From contig JABWCG010000001.1 of NCBI GenBank assembly GCA_013359225.1, positions 134,410-198,409 on the forward strand: a stretch of DNA of 64,000 nt, given 5' to 3'. A model generated the notes under the pieces. The model made no database searches. It was given only the letters and a program-made list of their open reading frames with translations, and was not told where the DNA came from. Position 1 is the first letter of the stretch. Every line of letters starts with the position of its first letter. A program made the translations under genes and the position numbers. The stretch is from Candidatus Buchananbacteria bacterium. GTDB lineage: Bacteria > Patescibacteriota > Patescibacteriia > Buchananbacterales > UBA6539. Positions 27,966-37,435 of the stretch are shown piece by piece.

Positions 27966-28995
27966 ACGATCTTAAGGCCAGGCCGATAGCAGTGGTATAT
28001 GAGAGTATCCTTTCTTTGGGGATTGACCCTTTTTTATCATTTTTTATTTTTATCATTGGGTTGCCGATTGCCACTGGCAGATTAAGTTTTTGGGCAATGA
28101 CTTTATCAATGCCAATGAAGTTGGATCCGCCGCCGCAGAGGATAATTTCTGCAATCTCGCTTGCCTCAGAAAAATTGCTTTTATAAAAGATCAGACTCTT
28201 TTTGATGTGTTTACTAATATCGTCGATTGGTTTTAAGAGAATTTTTAGCAGTGCGCCTTCACATCGCTGAGGATCAAGTCCGCAGACAATTTTTGCTTCC
28301 TCAGCCTTGTTGTGATCTAGCTTAAGTGTTTTTTCGATTGTCTCGGTAATATTATTGCCAGAAATCGGCAGACTTACCGTAAACTGGACAGTGCCGTGGT
28401 CATAAATTATTAAGCTGGATCGGGCGGCGCCAAAATCAATTATTATCCTTGGCTTGATGTCATTTTTATCGATGAGCGATCTAATGATGGCTGCTGATTC
28501 AATTTCCAGGATATATGGGGACAGGCCACTTTTTTCTAATGCCAAAAAATAACTTTCAACAATATTTTTAGCTGCGGCCCCTATTAAAATCTTAGTAGTG
28601 TCTGGTTTTTTTTCAATAATTTGCCAGTCAAGATAAATCTCTTCAAGTGCCATCGGAATATGATTTACGATCTCATCATTAACGAGTTGTTGATAGGAAT
28701 TTTTATCTTCAGGGGTTTTTATCTCTATCACCTTAATAAAAGTTTTTGTTTCTGGTAACACTGAAATTACTTTTCGACCGTTTAATCTTCGGGCGGTCTT
28801 GGTGAGTTTTTTTATCAATTCAATCAATTTCTTTTCATCAGTAATTTCGCCATTAGTAATAACACCAGCCGGAAGTGCTAGTTCATTGTAGGAAGTTATG
28901 ATATTTTTTTTACCTTTTTTGTTTAGCTGAATTAACCGTAATGCGCCGTCACTGATATCGATGCTAAAAAATTCTTGTCCGAAACTTAGTGCCAT
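27940..28995 (-). CDS. pilM: Type IV pilus assembly ATPase-like protein PilM (actin/FtsA fold)
   Basis: It is 351 aa. The N-terminus reads FFSIDISDGALRLIQL, and IIIDFGAARSSLII and GGGSNFIGI are actin-like ATPase motifs. Confidence 0.8.
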   Translation of the reverse strand: MALSFGQEFFSIDISDGALRLIQLNKKGKKNIITSYNELALPAGVITNGEITDEKKLIELIKKLTKTARRLNGRKVISVLPETKTFIKVIEIKTPEDKNSYQQLVNDEIVNHIPMALEEIYLDWQIIEKKPDTTKILIGAAAKNIVESYFLALEKSGLSPYILEIESAAIIRSLIDKNDIKPRIIIDFGAARSSLIIYDHGTVQFTVSLPISGNNITETIEKTLKLDHNKAEEAKIVCGLDPQRCEGALLKILLKPIDDISKHIKKSLIFYKSNFSEASEIAEIILCGGGSNFIGIDKVIAQKLNLPVAIGNPMIKIKNDKKGSIPKERILSYTTAIGLALRSFDKKTLYD

Positions 28996-29047
28996 AATTT
29001 TTTGATTTCTTTTGAATAATTATAGCAATTTTTTAATTTATTAACAA

Positions 29048-30244
29048 TTAATATTGTTCTTCCCAGTGATCAATTTGAATTAATGGTCCGTTAGGGTTAT
29101 AAATCGGATCAATCACTTTTTGGAAGTTTTCCGGCGTATAGACTAAATTAATTGCGCCGCCACTTGAAGTAATTTCAGCGTCAAACCCGGTCATACTGCC
29201 ATTAATATTAAAAACAGTTCCTGAGCTGGTAATCTCCAAGTCGTCTCCGGCATAAATCAAGCCGTTTATATTGACCGTGCCTCCGGAGGTGGTAATATCA
29301 ACGTCTTCTTTGGAAATTAGCCCGCCGCCATAGGTAGCATCAGAGTTAACGGTTAACGTTCTACCGGCTAACGTCACTTCAATTTCTCCTTCAGCCACTA
29401 AAACACCGTTAATGGTCATATTTTTGCCGATAATTTCGGCCTCACCCGCAACATAGATTATCCCGTTAAGCGTGGTATTGTTAGGCAGGTTTTTAAACTG
29501 AGTTTTGGTATATGTGGCTGTCGCCCGGCTTTTCCAAGAATTGGGATCATCAGAGTCAATATCAATTTGTAGCATGTCAACAGTTGAAGTCGGCGCTTCT
29601 TTATAGCTGTTATTAAGCGTGATTTTACCTCCGGCCACAACATTTATAACGTTTGATGAGGTGACCGCCCCATCGGTCACCACAATTTCAGCGCCCTGGA
29701 CCTTAAATTCTTGGTTTGCATGAAGGCGACCGCCAGTAGAGCGCAGAACAATTCCAGAGCCCGTAAACCGAAAGTTGCCGTTCTGTTGGGATCCGCGGCC
29801 GCCAGCAAATGTGGCATATTCCCAAGTGGTGCCGCTGCCGGTTGGTCGAGAAATGTATGATTTTACCACTCGTTGTGAAACATTGTCTCCAATTTGATAT
29901 GTTGAAGTAGCAATAATCCAGGCTTCAGCCGTTACAGTATTTCGGGCAGTGACTTGGTATGAGGCGTTAGTATCGCCAAAGACGCTGGATTTACTAATAT
30001 CGTTTGTGGCACTTAGGGTGCCATTCAAAAATGCATTTTTTGTGGCAGTATCGTTTTGGATTTTCCAGAGCATATCATTGATGCCAGTTTCGGCCAAATA
30101 GTAATTTTTTGTGGCTAGCGATTGGACGTTGGCAATTTTGTTTTCTGAATCGGCTGTTGAAAGCAGGTATGCTCCCACGACTAACAAACTAGTCATGACT
30201 AATGTTGACATTATCAAAACGAAGCCGCGAGGTGTGGTTTTCAT
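29048..30244 (-). CDS. GspK/PilX-like large minor pseudopilin. It has the prepilin-like N-terminus but lacks Glu at +5
   Basis: The N-terminus is MKTTPRGFVLIMSTLVMTSLLVV. It is 398 aa and rich in Thr, Gly and Asn. Confidence 0.5.
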   Translation of the reverse strand: MKTTPRGFVLIMSTLVMTSLLVVGAYLLSTADSENKIANVQSLATKNYYLAETGINDMLWKIQNDTATKNAFLNGTLSATNDISKSSVFGDTNASYQVTARNTVTAEAWIIATSTYQIGDNVSQRVVKSYISRPTGSGTTWEYATFAGGRGSQQNGNFRFTGSGIVLRSTGGRLHANQEFKVQGAEIVVTDGAVTSSNVINVVAGGKITLNNSYKEAPTSTVDMLQIDIDSDDPNSWKSRATATYTKTQFKNLPNNTTLNGIIYVAGEAEIIGKNMTINGVLVAEGEIEVTLAGRTLTVNSDATYGGGLISKEDVDITTSGGTVNINGLIYAGDDLEITSSGTVFNINGSMTGFDAEITSSGGAINLVYTPENFQKVIDPIYNPNGPLIQIDHWEEQY

Positions 30245-30813
30245 ATATTTCTCGGGTTAATAACAGTATCAATTTCTATCGCTTCCGTTTGTTTTTCTAA
30301 AAATAGTTCAATGGTTATATTATCGCCGCCAAAAAAATTCATGCTGGAAAAGTTTTCGCCAATAATTTTTTCTTCAAGCACTGATTGGTCGGGAGCGCCA
30401 AAGGCGTCAACATCATCCCAATAAACATAGGTTGAGGGGTCGGTATCAAAATAGTAAACGATAATTTGTTTTTTTAAATCATCACTGTCCAAAAAATATC
30501 TAATATATTGAATTTGGGAGGTGGTGTGACCGTCTTCAAATTGAATTTCGTGAGGAACGGTCAGGGGGTCGGAATCATCAGTCGGCAATATGGTGACTAG
30601 TTCTTTAGCTTGTCTGATTTCGCGTGACATTAAATCCAGAGTAATTCTGGCGTTTTGAACTAATTCAGATTTGAGGTTACTTTTTCTAAAAACCCTTTGA
30701 TTTAAAATAAATGTTGAACTGACAATTAAAAGAATGAGCAGGGCAATGGTAATTGCCACCGTTAACTCAATTAGGGTTAAACCACTTCTTTTAGTTGGAA
30801 TTTTTCTGTCCAT
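30241..30813 (-). CDS. Prepilin-type pseudopilin (GspJ/PilW-like)
   Basis: It carries the class III signal KRSG|LTLIELTVAITIALLIL with Glu at +5. Confidence 0.65.
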   Translation of the reverse strand: MDRKIPTKRSGLTLIELTVAITIALLILLIVSSTFILNQRVFRKSNLKSELVQNARITLDLMSREIRQAKELVTILPTDDSDPLTVPHEIQFEDGHTTSQIQYIRYFLDSDDLKKQIIVYYFDTDPSTYVYWDDVDAFGAPDQSVLEEKIIGENFSSMNFFGGDNITIELFLEKQTEAIEIDTVINPRNI

Positions 30814-30815
30814 TA

Positions 30816-31244
30816 TTAATAGTCGCTAATAATATACTGAATCTCGGTTGATTTTTCTTTTAATACTACGGGGGATTGCCAAAAGACAGTGACGGTAATT
30901 TTTTTGAGTCCGACATCTGAGGCGGAGGAGTTAAAATTGTTATCAACTGTTTCAACGGTAGTTTGTCGCTGAAAATTGTATAGTGGCGAAGCCGGGTCGG
31001 ATGAAACGCGATTTTTTGCTTCAATTGTCCCGGTGCTGATATCTTCATAGTTTAAAGATCGTATTTCTTCAATTTTGCTCAAGGCGATATTTGATGCCAT
31101 GGTTTGGCTTTGCGAGTCACCAATAATTTTTATTCCCAGCGGGAAAAATTGCATGATGCCAAAAATCGCCACTAGCAGTATCAAAATTGCTATAGTGGAT
31201 TCAATAATGGTGAATCCCGATTTACTGTTCAATAATTTCGACAT
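30816..31244 (-). CDS. Prepilin-type pseudopilin (GspI/PilV-like)
   Basis: It carries the class III signal SKSG|FTIIESTIAILILLVAIFG. Confidence 0.65.
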   Translation of the reverse strand: MSKLLNSKSGFTIIESTIAILILLVAIFGIMQFFPLGIKIIGDSQSQTMASNIALSKIEEIRSLNYEDISTGTIEAKNRVSSDPASPLYNFQRQTTVETVDNNFNSSASDVGLKKITVTVFWQSPVVLKEKSTEIQYIISDY

Positions 31245-31659
31245 AGCCAGATGGTTTTATCTCAACGGTTGAAGTTTCGTTTTTAGTATTGATTAGGACA
31301 ATGTTGCCGGTTTGAGCCGCACCGCCGGTTGGGTTAAAAGTTACCGTGTTAGCGGTTAAGTTATTGATTTGGTTGATGGTTACTTCGGCAGCTATGTCAA
31401 CCGTCTTAATAACCTCGTTAGTTTCCGAATTGATTATTTTATACTCGTTACTGGTTGGGTATAAGGTTAAATCGTATAGCACTTGTTCAGTAATTGCCAG
31501 CTGCTGAGTAAGTCGCAGGTTTGTTGCCAATACTCGCGCCTCGCTTCTGAGTTTGGTATTTTTTTGGTAGTTGATAAATACGGGAATAGTCACCAAAGTT
31601 ATAAGACTGACGACGACAATGGTAATACTGAATTCAATTAACGTGAAACCTTTTTTCAT
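31222..31659 (-). CDS. Type IV pilin-like protein (GspH/PilE-like)
   Basis: It carries the class III signal MKKG|FTLIEFSITIVVVSLITL. Confidence 0.7.
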   Translation of the reverse strand: MKKGFTLIEFSITIVVVSLITLVTIPVFINYQKNTKLRSEARVLATNLRLTQQLAITEQVLYDLTLYPTSNEYKIINSETNEVIKTVDIAAEVTINQINNLTANTVTFNPTGGAAQTGNIVLINTKNETSTVEIKPSGYVEIIEQ

Positions 31660-32732
31660 TAGATTGCCTGACTTAAAGAGTACATTGGCATAATGATGGC
31701 TACAGCCATACCACCAACGCCGATACCCAGAAGCACCATCAATAGCGGCTCAATAATTGATGGCAAATTTTCCATCGTTTGGCGCACATCTTCTTCGTAG
31801 AAAGAGGCTGATTCTTCTAAGATTTCATCAAGTGATCCGGTTTCTTCTCCAACTGCAATCATCTGTAAGACTACGGGAGGAAATAAGTTCATGTATGGTG
31901 TTAGAGAATCTTTGATATTAACTCCTTTTTTTATTTTTTCTTTAGCGTCTGATAAAGCATTTTTAAATAGAGCGTTCCCGAGGATTCGGGCAGTAATTTC
32001 AAAGGATTGAACAATCGGGATGTCAGTTTTAAGCAGAGAGCTTAGTGTTCGACAAAAGCGCGCTAGGTTAATTTTTTTAATGATGGTGCCGGCGACGGGC
32101 ATCTTGAGCAATAACTGGTGAAATTTCAACTTTCCTTCTTTAGTTTTTATAATTCGATTAAGTGCAATGATGCCGACTACGGCAGCGATGGCAATAAAAA
32201 TTCCGTAGGTTACGGCAAATTGACTGCTGGCAATCAGGATTCTGGTTGGCAGTGGCAGGGTAACATTCAATTCCAAAAAGATGCCCGACATTGTCGGAAT
32301 CACATACACTAAAACCAAAACGCCGATTGCCACCATCATCGCAATAACAATCATTGGATAAATCATTGCCCCCTTAACTTTAGAAATGATCTCGTTGTCT
32401 TTTTTCATTTGAATAAAGAGCTGGTTTAATACATCTTCCAGTTTGCCGGACGCCTCGCCGGCTTTAATCATATTAATGAACAGGTCGCCAAAAACATATT
32501 GGTACTGTTCAAGACCCTTGGAAAGCAGATTGCCTTTTTCAACTCCTTGCTGAATATCGGCAAGTATTTTTCGAAATGATTTTGAGCTGGTCTGTTCGGC
32601 CAGTGTCTTGAGGGCTACTGCCAGTGAAATGCCGGATTTAACCATAACACCAAGCTGCTGAACAAAAAATATTTTGAGCGCCAGCTTCAGTTTTCTGGGT
32701 CGGCCAAAGCGGCCAAGAATTTTTTCAAACAT
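31659..32732 (-). CDS. pilC: Type IV pilus / type II secretion platform protein (PilC/GspF)
   Basis: It has two GspF repeats and 3 TM helices. Confidence 0.85.
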   Translation of the reverse strand: MFEKILGRFGRPRKLKLALKIFFVQQLGVMVKSGISLAVALKTLAEQTSSKSFRKILADIQQGVEKGNLLSKGLEQYQYVFGDLFINMIKAGEASGKLEDVLNQLFIQMKKDNEIISKVKGAMIYPMIVIAMMVAIGVLVLVYVIPTMSGIFLELNVTLPLPTRILIASSQFAVTYGIFIAIAAVVGIIALNRIIKTKEGKLKFHQLLLKMPVAGTIIKKINLARFCRTLSSLLKTDIPIVQSFEITARILGNALFKNALSDAKEKIKKGVNIKDSLTPYMNLFPPVVLQMIAVGEETGSLDEILEESASFYEEDVRQTMENLPSIIEPLLMVLLGIGVGGMAVAIIMPMYSLSQAI

Positions 32733-32752
32733 TATGTTGGTTTTATTTTTAT

Positions 32753-34507
32753 TTAATCTTTGGTGACGCGCAGTACTTCTTCAATGGTGGTGATGCCCGT
32801 TTTGGCTTTAATAAACCCGTCTTCTAGAATACTCATCATGCCATTCTTTTTTGCCGCTTCTTCAATTTCGTTGGCGGTACCACCCCTGGTGATTAAGTTG
32901 GATATTTCCGAGTTGACCTCTAAAACTTCGTAGAGCCCGACCCGGCCTTTGTAGCCGGTTTTATCGCATTTTTTACAGCCTTTGCCGCGATAGAATAAAA
33001 GGGACTCGCGGCTTTGTTTTTTGGTAAGCAGGTTTTCTTTTTCCAGGGTTGCAAGGACCGAATCAAGGTTAATTTGTTTTTCAAGTTTGGACAGCTCTTC
33101 TTTGCTGAGGTTGTAGCTTTCAATACAGTCCTGACAAATTTTTCGCACCAATCGCTGGGCGATGATGACATTAGTAGTGGACGCAACTAAAAAGGCGGCG
33201 ACTCCCATTTCACTTAAGCGGGGCAGGGAAGTTGGTGCATCGTTGGTGTGCAGAGTGGACAACACCAAGTGGCCGGTGAGCGCAGCATGAATTGCAATTT
33301 CGGCAGTTTCGTCGTCGCGGATTTCTCCGACCATGATAATATTTGGGTCTTGCCGTAAGAATGATCGCAGACCGCTGGCAAAAGTGTAGCCGATTTTTGG
33401 GTTAACCTGGCTTTGGTTAAGTCCGGGCATGCGGTATTCAATCGGATCTTCAATGGTAGTAATATTTACTTCCGGCCGGTTTAAGATGTTTAAAATCGCA
33501 TACAGGGTTGTGGTTTTACCCGAGCCGGTTGGTCCGGTAACCAGGATTAAACCGTGGGGTTTTTCAATATTTCGTTTAATCGCTTCAAATGATTTTTTTT
33601 GAAACCCTAATTGTTCCAAAGTAATAACGCCGGTGTTTTCATTCAAGGCACGCAGAACGATTTTTTCGCCGTCATAAGTCGGGATAATGGAAACACGAAA
33701 TGATACCTTATATTCGTTTGTTTGGACTTTAAAGCGGCTGTCTTGGGGCAGGCGATGTTCGTCGAGTTTGAGGTTTGATAAGATTTTGATACGAGCGATA
33801 ATGCCGGCGTGAACTGATTTTGGTAGCGTCATAACATTTCGTAGAATACCATCAACGCGGTAGCGCACCATTACTTCTTTTTCTGTCGGCTCAATGTGAA
33901 TATCGGAAGCATTTTCAAAAATGGCGTATTCTAAGAGGGTGTCAACAATTCTGATAACCGGCAGATCGTGCGCCAGTTCCTTGAGTTTAGTATCGCCATT
34001 TTCGTCGCCATTATCATTGTCTTTGGTCAATTCCTGGAATTCGGCTTTCAGGCCTTTGTGATAGTTTTTAAGGGCTTCATTGATACCTGATGGCGTAGTG
34101 ATATGAATTTTTATCTCAGCATCGGTTTTTTTGCTTAGAAATTCAAAAATCTGGAGATCTTCCGGATTTAGGGCAGCGATTTTAAGTTCATGCTCATTGC
34201 GGTCAAAAGCAGCGATTTTATGGGTCGAAGCGATTGGTTCTGGTATTAAAAAAAGAATATCTTTGCGGATAGTCTCGTTTTTCAGGTTAATAAAAGGCAA
34301 ATTGAAATATTGGGCAACAATTTGGTAGAGCTGGTCCTCGTTAAACGCTTTTTGAGACAGGATGTATTCTTCCAGGCTTTGATTTCTTTTTTTTGCTTCT
34401 TCAAGATAGAGATCAAGCTCTTTTTTGCCAATAGTTTTTGTCTCTAAAAGAATTTTTTCTAATTTGCCGTCATCAATCATAATTATTTTGTTTTTAGGTT
34501 GGTTCAA
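32753..34507 (-). CDS. pilB: Type IV pilus assembly ATPase (PilB/GspE)
   Basis: The Walker A reads GPTGSGKTTTLY. The tetracysteine motif is CQDC...CKKC. It has an N-terminal GSPII_E_N domain. Confidence 0.9.
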   Translation of the reverse strand: MNQPKNKIIMIDDGKLEKILLETKTIGKKELDLYLEEAKKRNQSLEEYILSQKAFNEDQLYQIVAQYFNLPFINLKNETIRKDILFLIPEPIASTHKIAAFDRNEHELKIAALNPEDLQIFEFLSKKTDAEIKIHITTPSGINEALKNYHKGLKAEFQELTKDNDNGDENGDTKLKELAHDLPVIRIVDTLLEYAIFENASDIHIEPTEKEVMVRYRVDGILRNVMTLPKSVHAGIIARIKILSNLKLDEHRLPQDSRFKVQTNEYKVSFRVSIIPTYDGEKIVLRALNENTGVITLEQLGFQKKSFEAIKRNIEKPHGLILVTGPTGSGKTTTLYAILNILNRPEVNITTIEDPIEYRMPGLNQSQVNPKIGYTFASGLRSFLRQDPNIIMVGEIRDDETAEIAIHAALTGHLVLSTLHTNDAPTSLPRLSEMGVAAFLVASTTNVIIAQRLVRKICQDCIESYNLSKEELSKLEKQINLDSVLATLEKENLLTKKQSRESLLFYRGKGCKKCDKTGYKGRVGLYEVLEVNSEISNLITRGGTANEIEEAAKKNGMMSILEDGFIKAKTGITTIEEVLRVTKD

Positions 34508-34540
34508 AGCTATTTTATTATACCATAAAATTAAATTTTA

Positions 34541-34560
34541 AAAAAGTTGGAAAGTGGACA
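34541..34560 (+). promoter_or_regulatory. Single AAAGTGG box upstream of the mraY sub-cluster, a possible MraZ site
   Basis: The 12-mer GTTGGAAAGTGG is identical to the first box of the mraZ operator array. Confidence 0.3.
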
Positions 34561-34609
34561 AAATCGGCAATAATCATTATGATTAAAATATCTTAAAAAT
34601 AGCAAAAAT

Positions 34610-34978
34610 ATGATCTTAGATTTTTTCCAGGAAGCTTCAGAAAAGGCTTTTAAAGACAAATTGATTAAATTCGGGCTGGTTTTTTCATTGTTGGTTAATA
34701 TACTGTTATGGATTTTTTTGGCCTGGCAGTCACAGAAGCTATCAGCGGTTATTCCGCTTCATTATAATATTTATTACGGTATTGATTTTTTTGGCCCGTG
34801 GTATTATCTGTTTTTGTTTCCCGGACTCGGTTTGGGTATCTTGGCGCTGAATTTTTTGCTGGCTTTGATGACATATGCTAACTATAAGATTTTAAGTTAT
34901 TTTTTGATGGCCAGCCTGGTTGCAATGCAGATTTTTTTGTTTTTATCTTTGGCGGCGGTTTTAACAATTAATATCTAA
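34610..34978 (+). CDS. Small polytopic membrane protein (122 aa)
   Basis: It has four hydrophobic helices and lies immediately upstream of mraY. Confidence 0.4.
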   Translation: MILDFFQEASEKAFKDKLIKFGLVFSLLVNILLWIFLAWQSQKLSAVIPLHYNIYYGIDFFGPWYYLFLFPGLGLGILALNFLLALMTYANYKILSYFLMASLVAMQIFLFLSLAAVLTINI

Positions 34979-34986
34979 TAAGCGTT

Positions 34987-36027
34987 GTGGCAAATTTCTA
35001 TATTACTAAAATTTTCTTTTTGACTACCGTATCGTTTATTTTGACTTTGATTTGGACTCCGGTTTTAACCCATTTTTTGTATAGCTACCGGCTTGGTAAA
35101 GGTATTCGCGATGAAGCCGCCGCCCCAATTTTTGCAAAAATGCATAAAAAAAAGGCCGGCACCCCAACGATGGGCGGGATTTTAATCTGGGGCACGACAT
35201 TGTTTTTGATTTTATTCTTCTCGTTGGCGGGAAAATTTTTTAACGGCGTTTTTGGTCAGCTTAATTTTTTATCGCGGGCAGAAACTCTGTTGCCGCTTGG
35301 GGCGTTGGTAGCCTCAGCGGTAGTGGGAATGATTGACGATTTGTTTGATATTTGGCGAATGGGAAAAGATGGCGGCGGATTGCGAATGCGCCATCGGTTT
35401 ATTATTTACGGCTTAATTGCGGCGATTGGCGCCTGGTGGTTTTATTTTAAACTGGAATGGACAACGTTATACATTCCGTTCATGGGATATTTCGACATCG
35501 GCTGGTGGTACATCCCGTTTTTTATTTTTGTCATTATCGCAACAGCTCACTCGGTAAATCTAACAGATGGGCTCGATGGTCTGGCAGGCGGAGTTTTGTT
35601 GGTAGCGTTTGGGGCGTACGGCGCCATATCGTTTGCCCAGGGTCGTTATGATTTGGCAACTTTTTGTGGCGTAATTATTGGTGCTCTCTTAGCGTTTTTG
35701 TGGTTCAATATCAATCCGGCTCGATTTTTTATGGGCGATACTGGTTCAATGTCGCTTGGTGTTACGCTTGGTATTATCGCCATGCTGACTAATGCGGCAT
35801 TATTGTTGCCGATCATCGGTTTTATTTTTGTTCTTGAAACTACATCAGTGTTGATTCAAATGGTATCAAAGAAATTTTTTGGCCGTAAGATTTTTATTTC
35901 CTCGCCGCTGCATCATCATCTTGAAGCCAAAGGTTGGCCGGAACCAAAAATCGTTATGCGGTTTTGGGTAATCGCTGGTGTCACTGCAATTATCGGACTG
36001 ATTTTATTTTTAAGCGACAAAAGTTAA
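34987..36027 (+). CDS. mraY: Phospho-N-acetylmuramoyl-pentapeptide transferase
   Basis: HSVNLTDGLDGLAGG and the FMGDTGS motif. Confidence 0.9.
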   Translation: MANFYITKIFFLTTVSFILTLIWTPVLTHFLYSYRLGKGIRDEAAAPIFAKMHKKKAGTPTMGGILIWGTTLFLILFFSLAGKFFNGVFGQLNFLSRAETLLPLGALVASAVVGMIDDLFDIWRMGKDGGGLRMRHRFIIYGLIAAIGAWWFYFKLEWTTLYIPFMGYFDIGWWYIPFFIFVIIATAHSVNLTDGLDGLAGGVLLVAFGAYGAISFAQGRYDLATFCGVIIGALLAFLWFNINPARFFMGDTGSMSLGVTLGIIAMLTNAALLLPIIGFIFVLETTSVLIQMVSKKFFGRKIFISSPLHHHLEAKGWPEPKIVMRFWVIAGVTAIIGLILFLSDKS

Positions 36028-36028
36028 C

Positions 36029-37435
36029 ATGCCCAGTGCCTTCAAAGATAAAAAAATAACAGTCATGGGTTTGGGGCTTCACGGCGGTGGAGCCGCTGTT
36101 GTCAAATGGCTGGCAAATCAGGGCGCTTGTTTGACGGTAACCGACCTAAAAAATAAAAGACAGCTGCAGCCGTCGTTGGATGCCTTGAAGGGGTTAAAGA
36201 TTAATTATGTTTTGGGTCGCCATCGTGAGCTAGACTTTGTCGGAGCGGATTTGATTATTCAAAACCCGGGAGTGCCGCGCGAATCAAGATATTTAAAAAT
36301 TGCCAGGAAAAAGGGAATTTTGATTGAAAATGATGCCAGTCTTTTTTTTAAACATTGCCCTGCGCCGATTATTGCGGTGACCGGGACGAGAGGTAAATCA
36401 ACTACGACGAGCTTGATTTATGAGTTGTTAAAGCAGACATCAAAAAAGGTTTGGCTGGCCGGGTTGCCTCAAAAACCAATGCTTGAAATTTTAGATCGGG
36501 TTCATCCCAGTGACATAGTGGTGCTTGAGCTATCTTCTTGGCAATTAGAAATTCTTGGTAGTTTTAAACTCTCGCCGCACGTTAGTGTTGTTACCAATAT
36601 TTATCCCGATCATTTGAACCGCTACGGTTCTATGGCGGCGTATATTGCTGCTAAAAAAAATATTTTTCTTTGGCAAACCAGTAGAGATAGCACTGTTTTA
36701 AATTTTGATAACGCTGAAACAAAAAAACTTGGTCGGGAAGTTTCCGCCAGGCGATTCTGGTTTTCAAAAAAAGTTTTTAAAGAAGAAAATGGCGTTTTTG
36801 TTGTCGGACAAAAAATTTACCTACGTCGATTCGGCAAGCAGACTTTTTTGGCGGACGTTTCAGATGTCAATTTGGTCGGCGAGCATAACTTAGAAAATGT
36901 TTTGGCAGCGTTGGCGGTAGTAACGATGTTTGGGGTTACTAACCGGGGGATTAAAACGGTATTAAAAAAATTTCAAAATTTGCCGGGCCGATTGCAAATG
37001 GTTTTTCGTAAGGGGGGAGTAGAATATATTAACGACACAACTGCTACCACTCCGGACGGCACGATTGCTGCACTGAGGGCTTTGAGAAGTAAAAACTTGG
37101 TCGGCAAAAGAATTGTTTTGATTGCTGGCGGTGCTGGCAAAAATATTCCTACCATTAAATATCGCCAACTGGCAAAGGAAATTAAAAACAGTTGTCGGGC
37201 GGTTGTGCTATTTGCCGGCGAAGGTGGCGAAAAAATCGGCCGCACACTTCGGGCAGAAAAATTCCAGCCGGTGGCGTATGATGTTTGCACCATGAGTGAA
37301 GCAATTGGTTTAGCCAACAGCTTTGCCAAGCCGGGAGATACGGTAGCGTTGTCTCCGGCGTCGGCAAGTTTTGGCATGTTTATTAATGAGTTTGACCGCG
37401 GTGATCAGTTTGTGGCCCTGGTAAAAAAATTATGA
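36029..37435 (+). CDS. murD: UDP-N-acetylmuramoylalanine--D-glutamate ligase
   Basis: It has the Mur-ligase domains. The P-loop reads ITGTRGKSTTTSLIYE. It sits in the dcw position after mraY. Confidence 0.85.
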   Translation: MPSAFKDKKITVMGLGLHGGGAAVVKWLANQGACLTVTDLKNKRQLQPSLDALKGLKINYVLGRHRELDFVGADLIIQNPGVPRESRYLKIARKKGILIENDASLFFKHCPAPIIAVTGTRGKSTTTSLIYELLKQTSKKVWLAGLPQKPMLEILDRVHPSDIVVLELSSWQLEILGSFKLSPHVSVVTNIYPDHLNRYGSMAAYIAAKKNIFLWQTSRDSTVLNFDNAETKKLGREVSARRFWFSKKVFKEENGVFVVGQKIYLRRFGKQTFLADVSDVNLVGEHNLENVLAALAVVTMFGVTNRGIKTVLKKFQNLPGRLQMVFRKGGVEYINDTTATTPDGTIAALRALRSKNLVGKRIVLIAGGAGKNIPTIKYRQLAKEIKNSCRAVVLFAGEGGEKIGRTLRAEKFQPVAYDVCTMSEAIGLANSFAKPGDTVALSPASASFGMFINEFDRGDQFVALVKKL

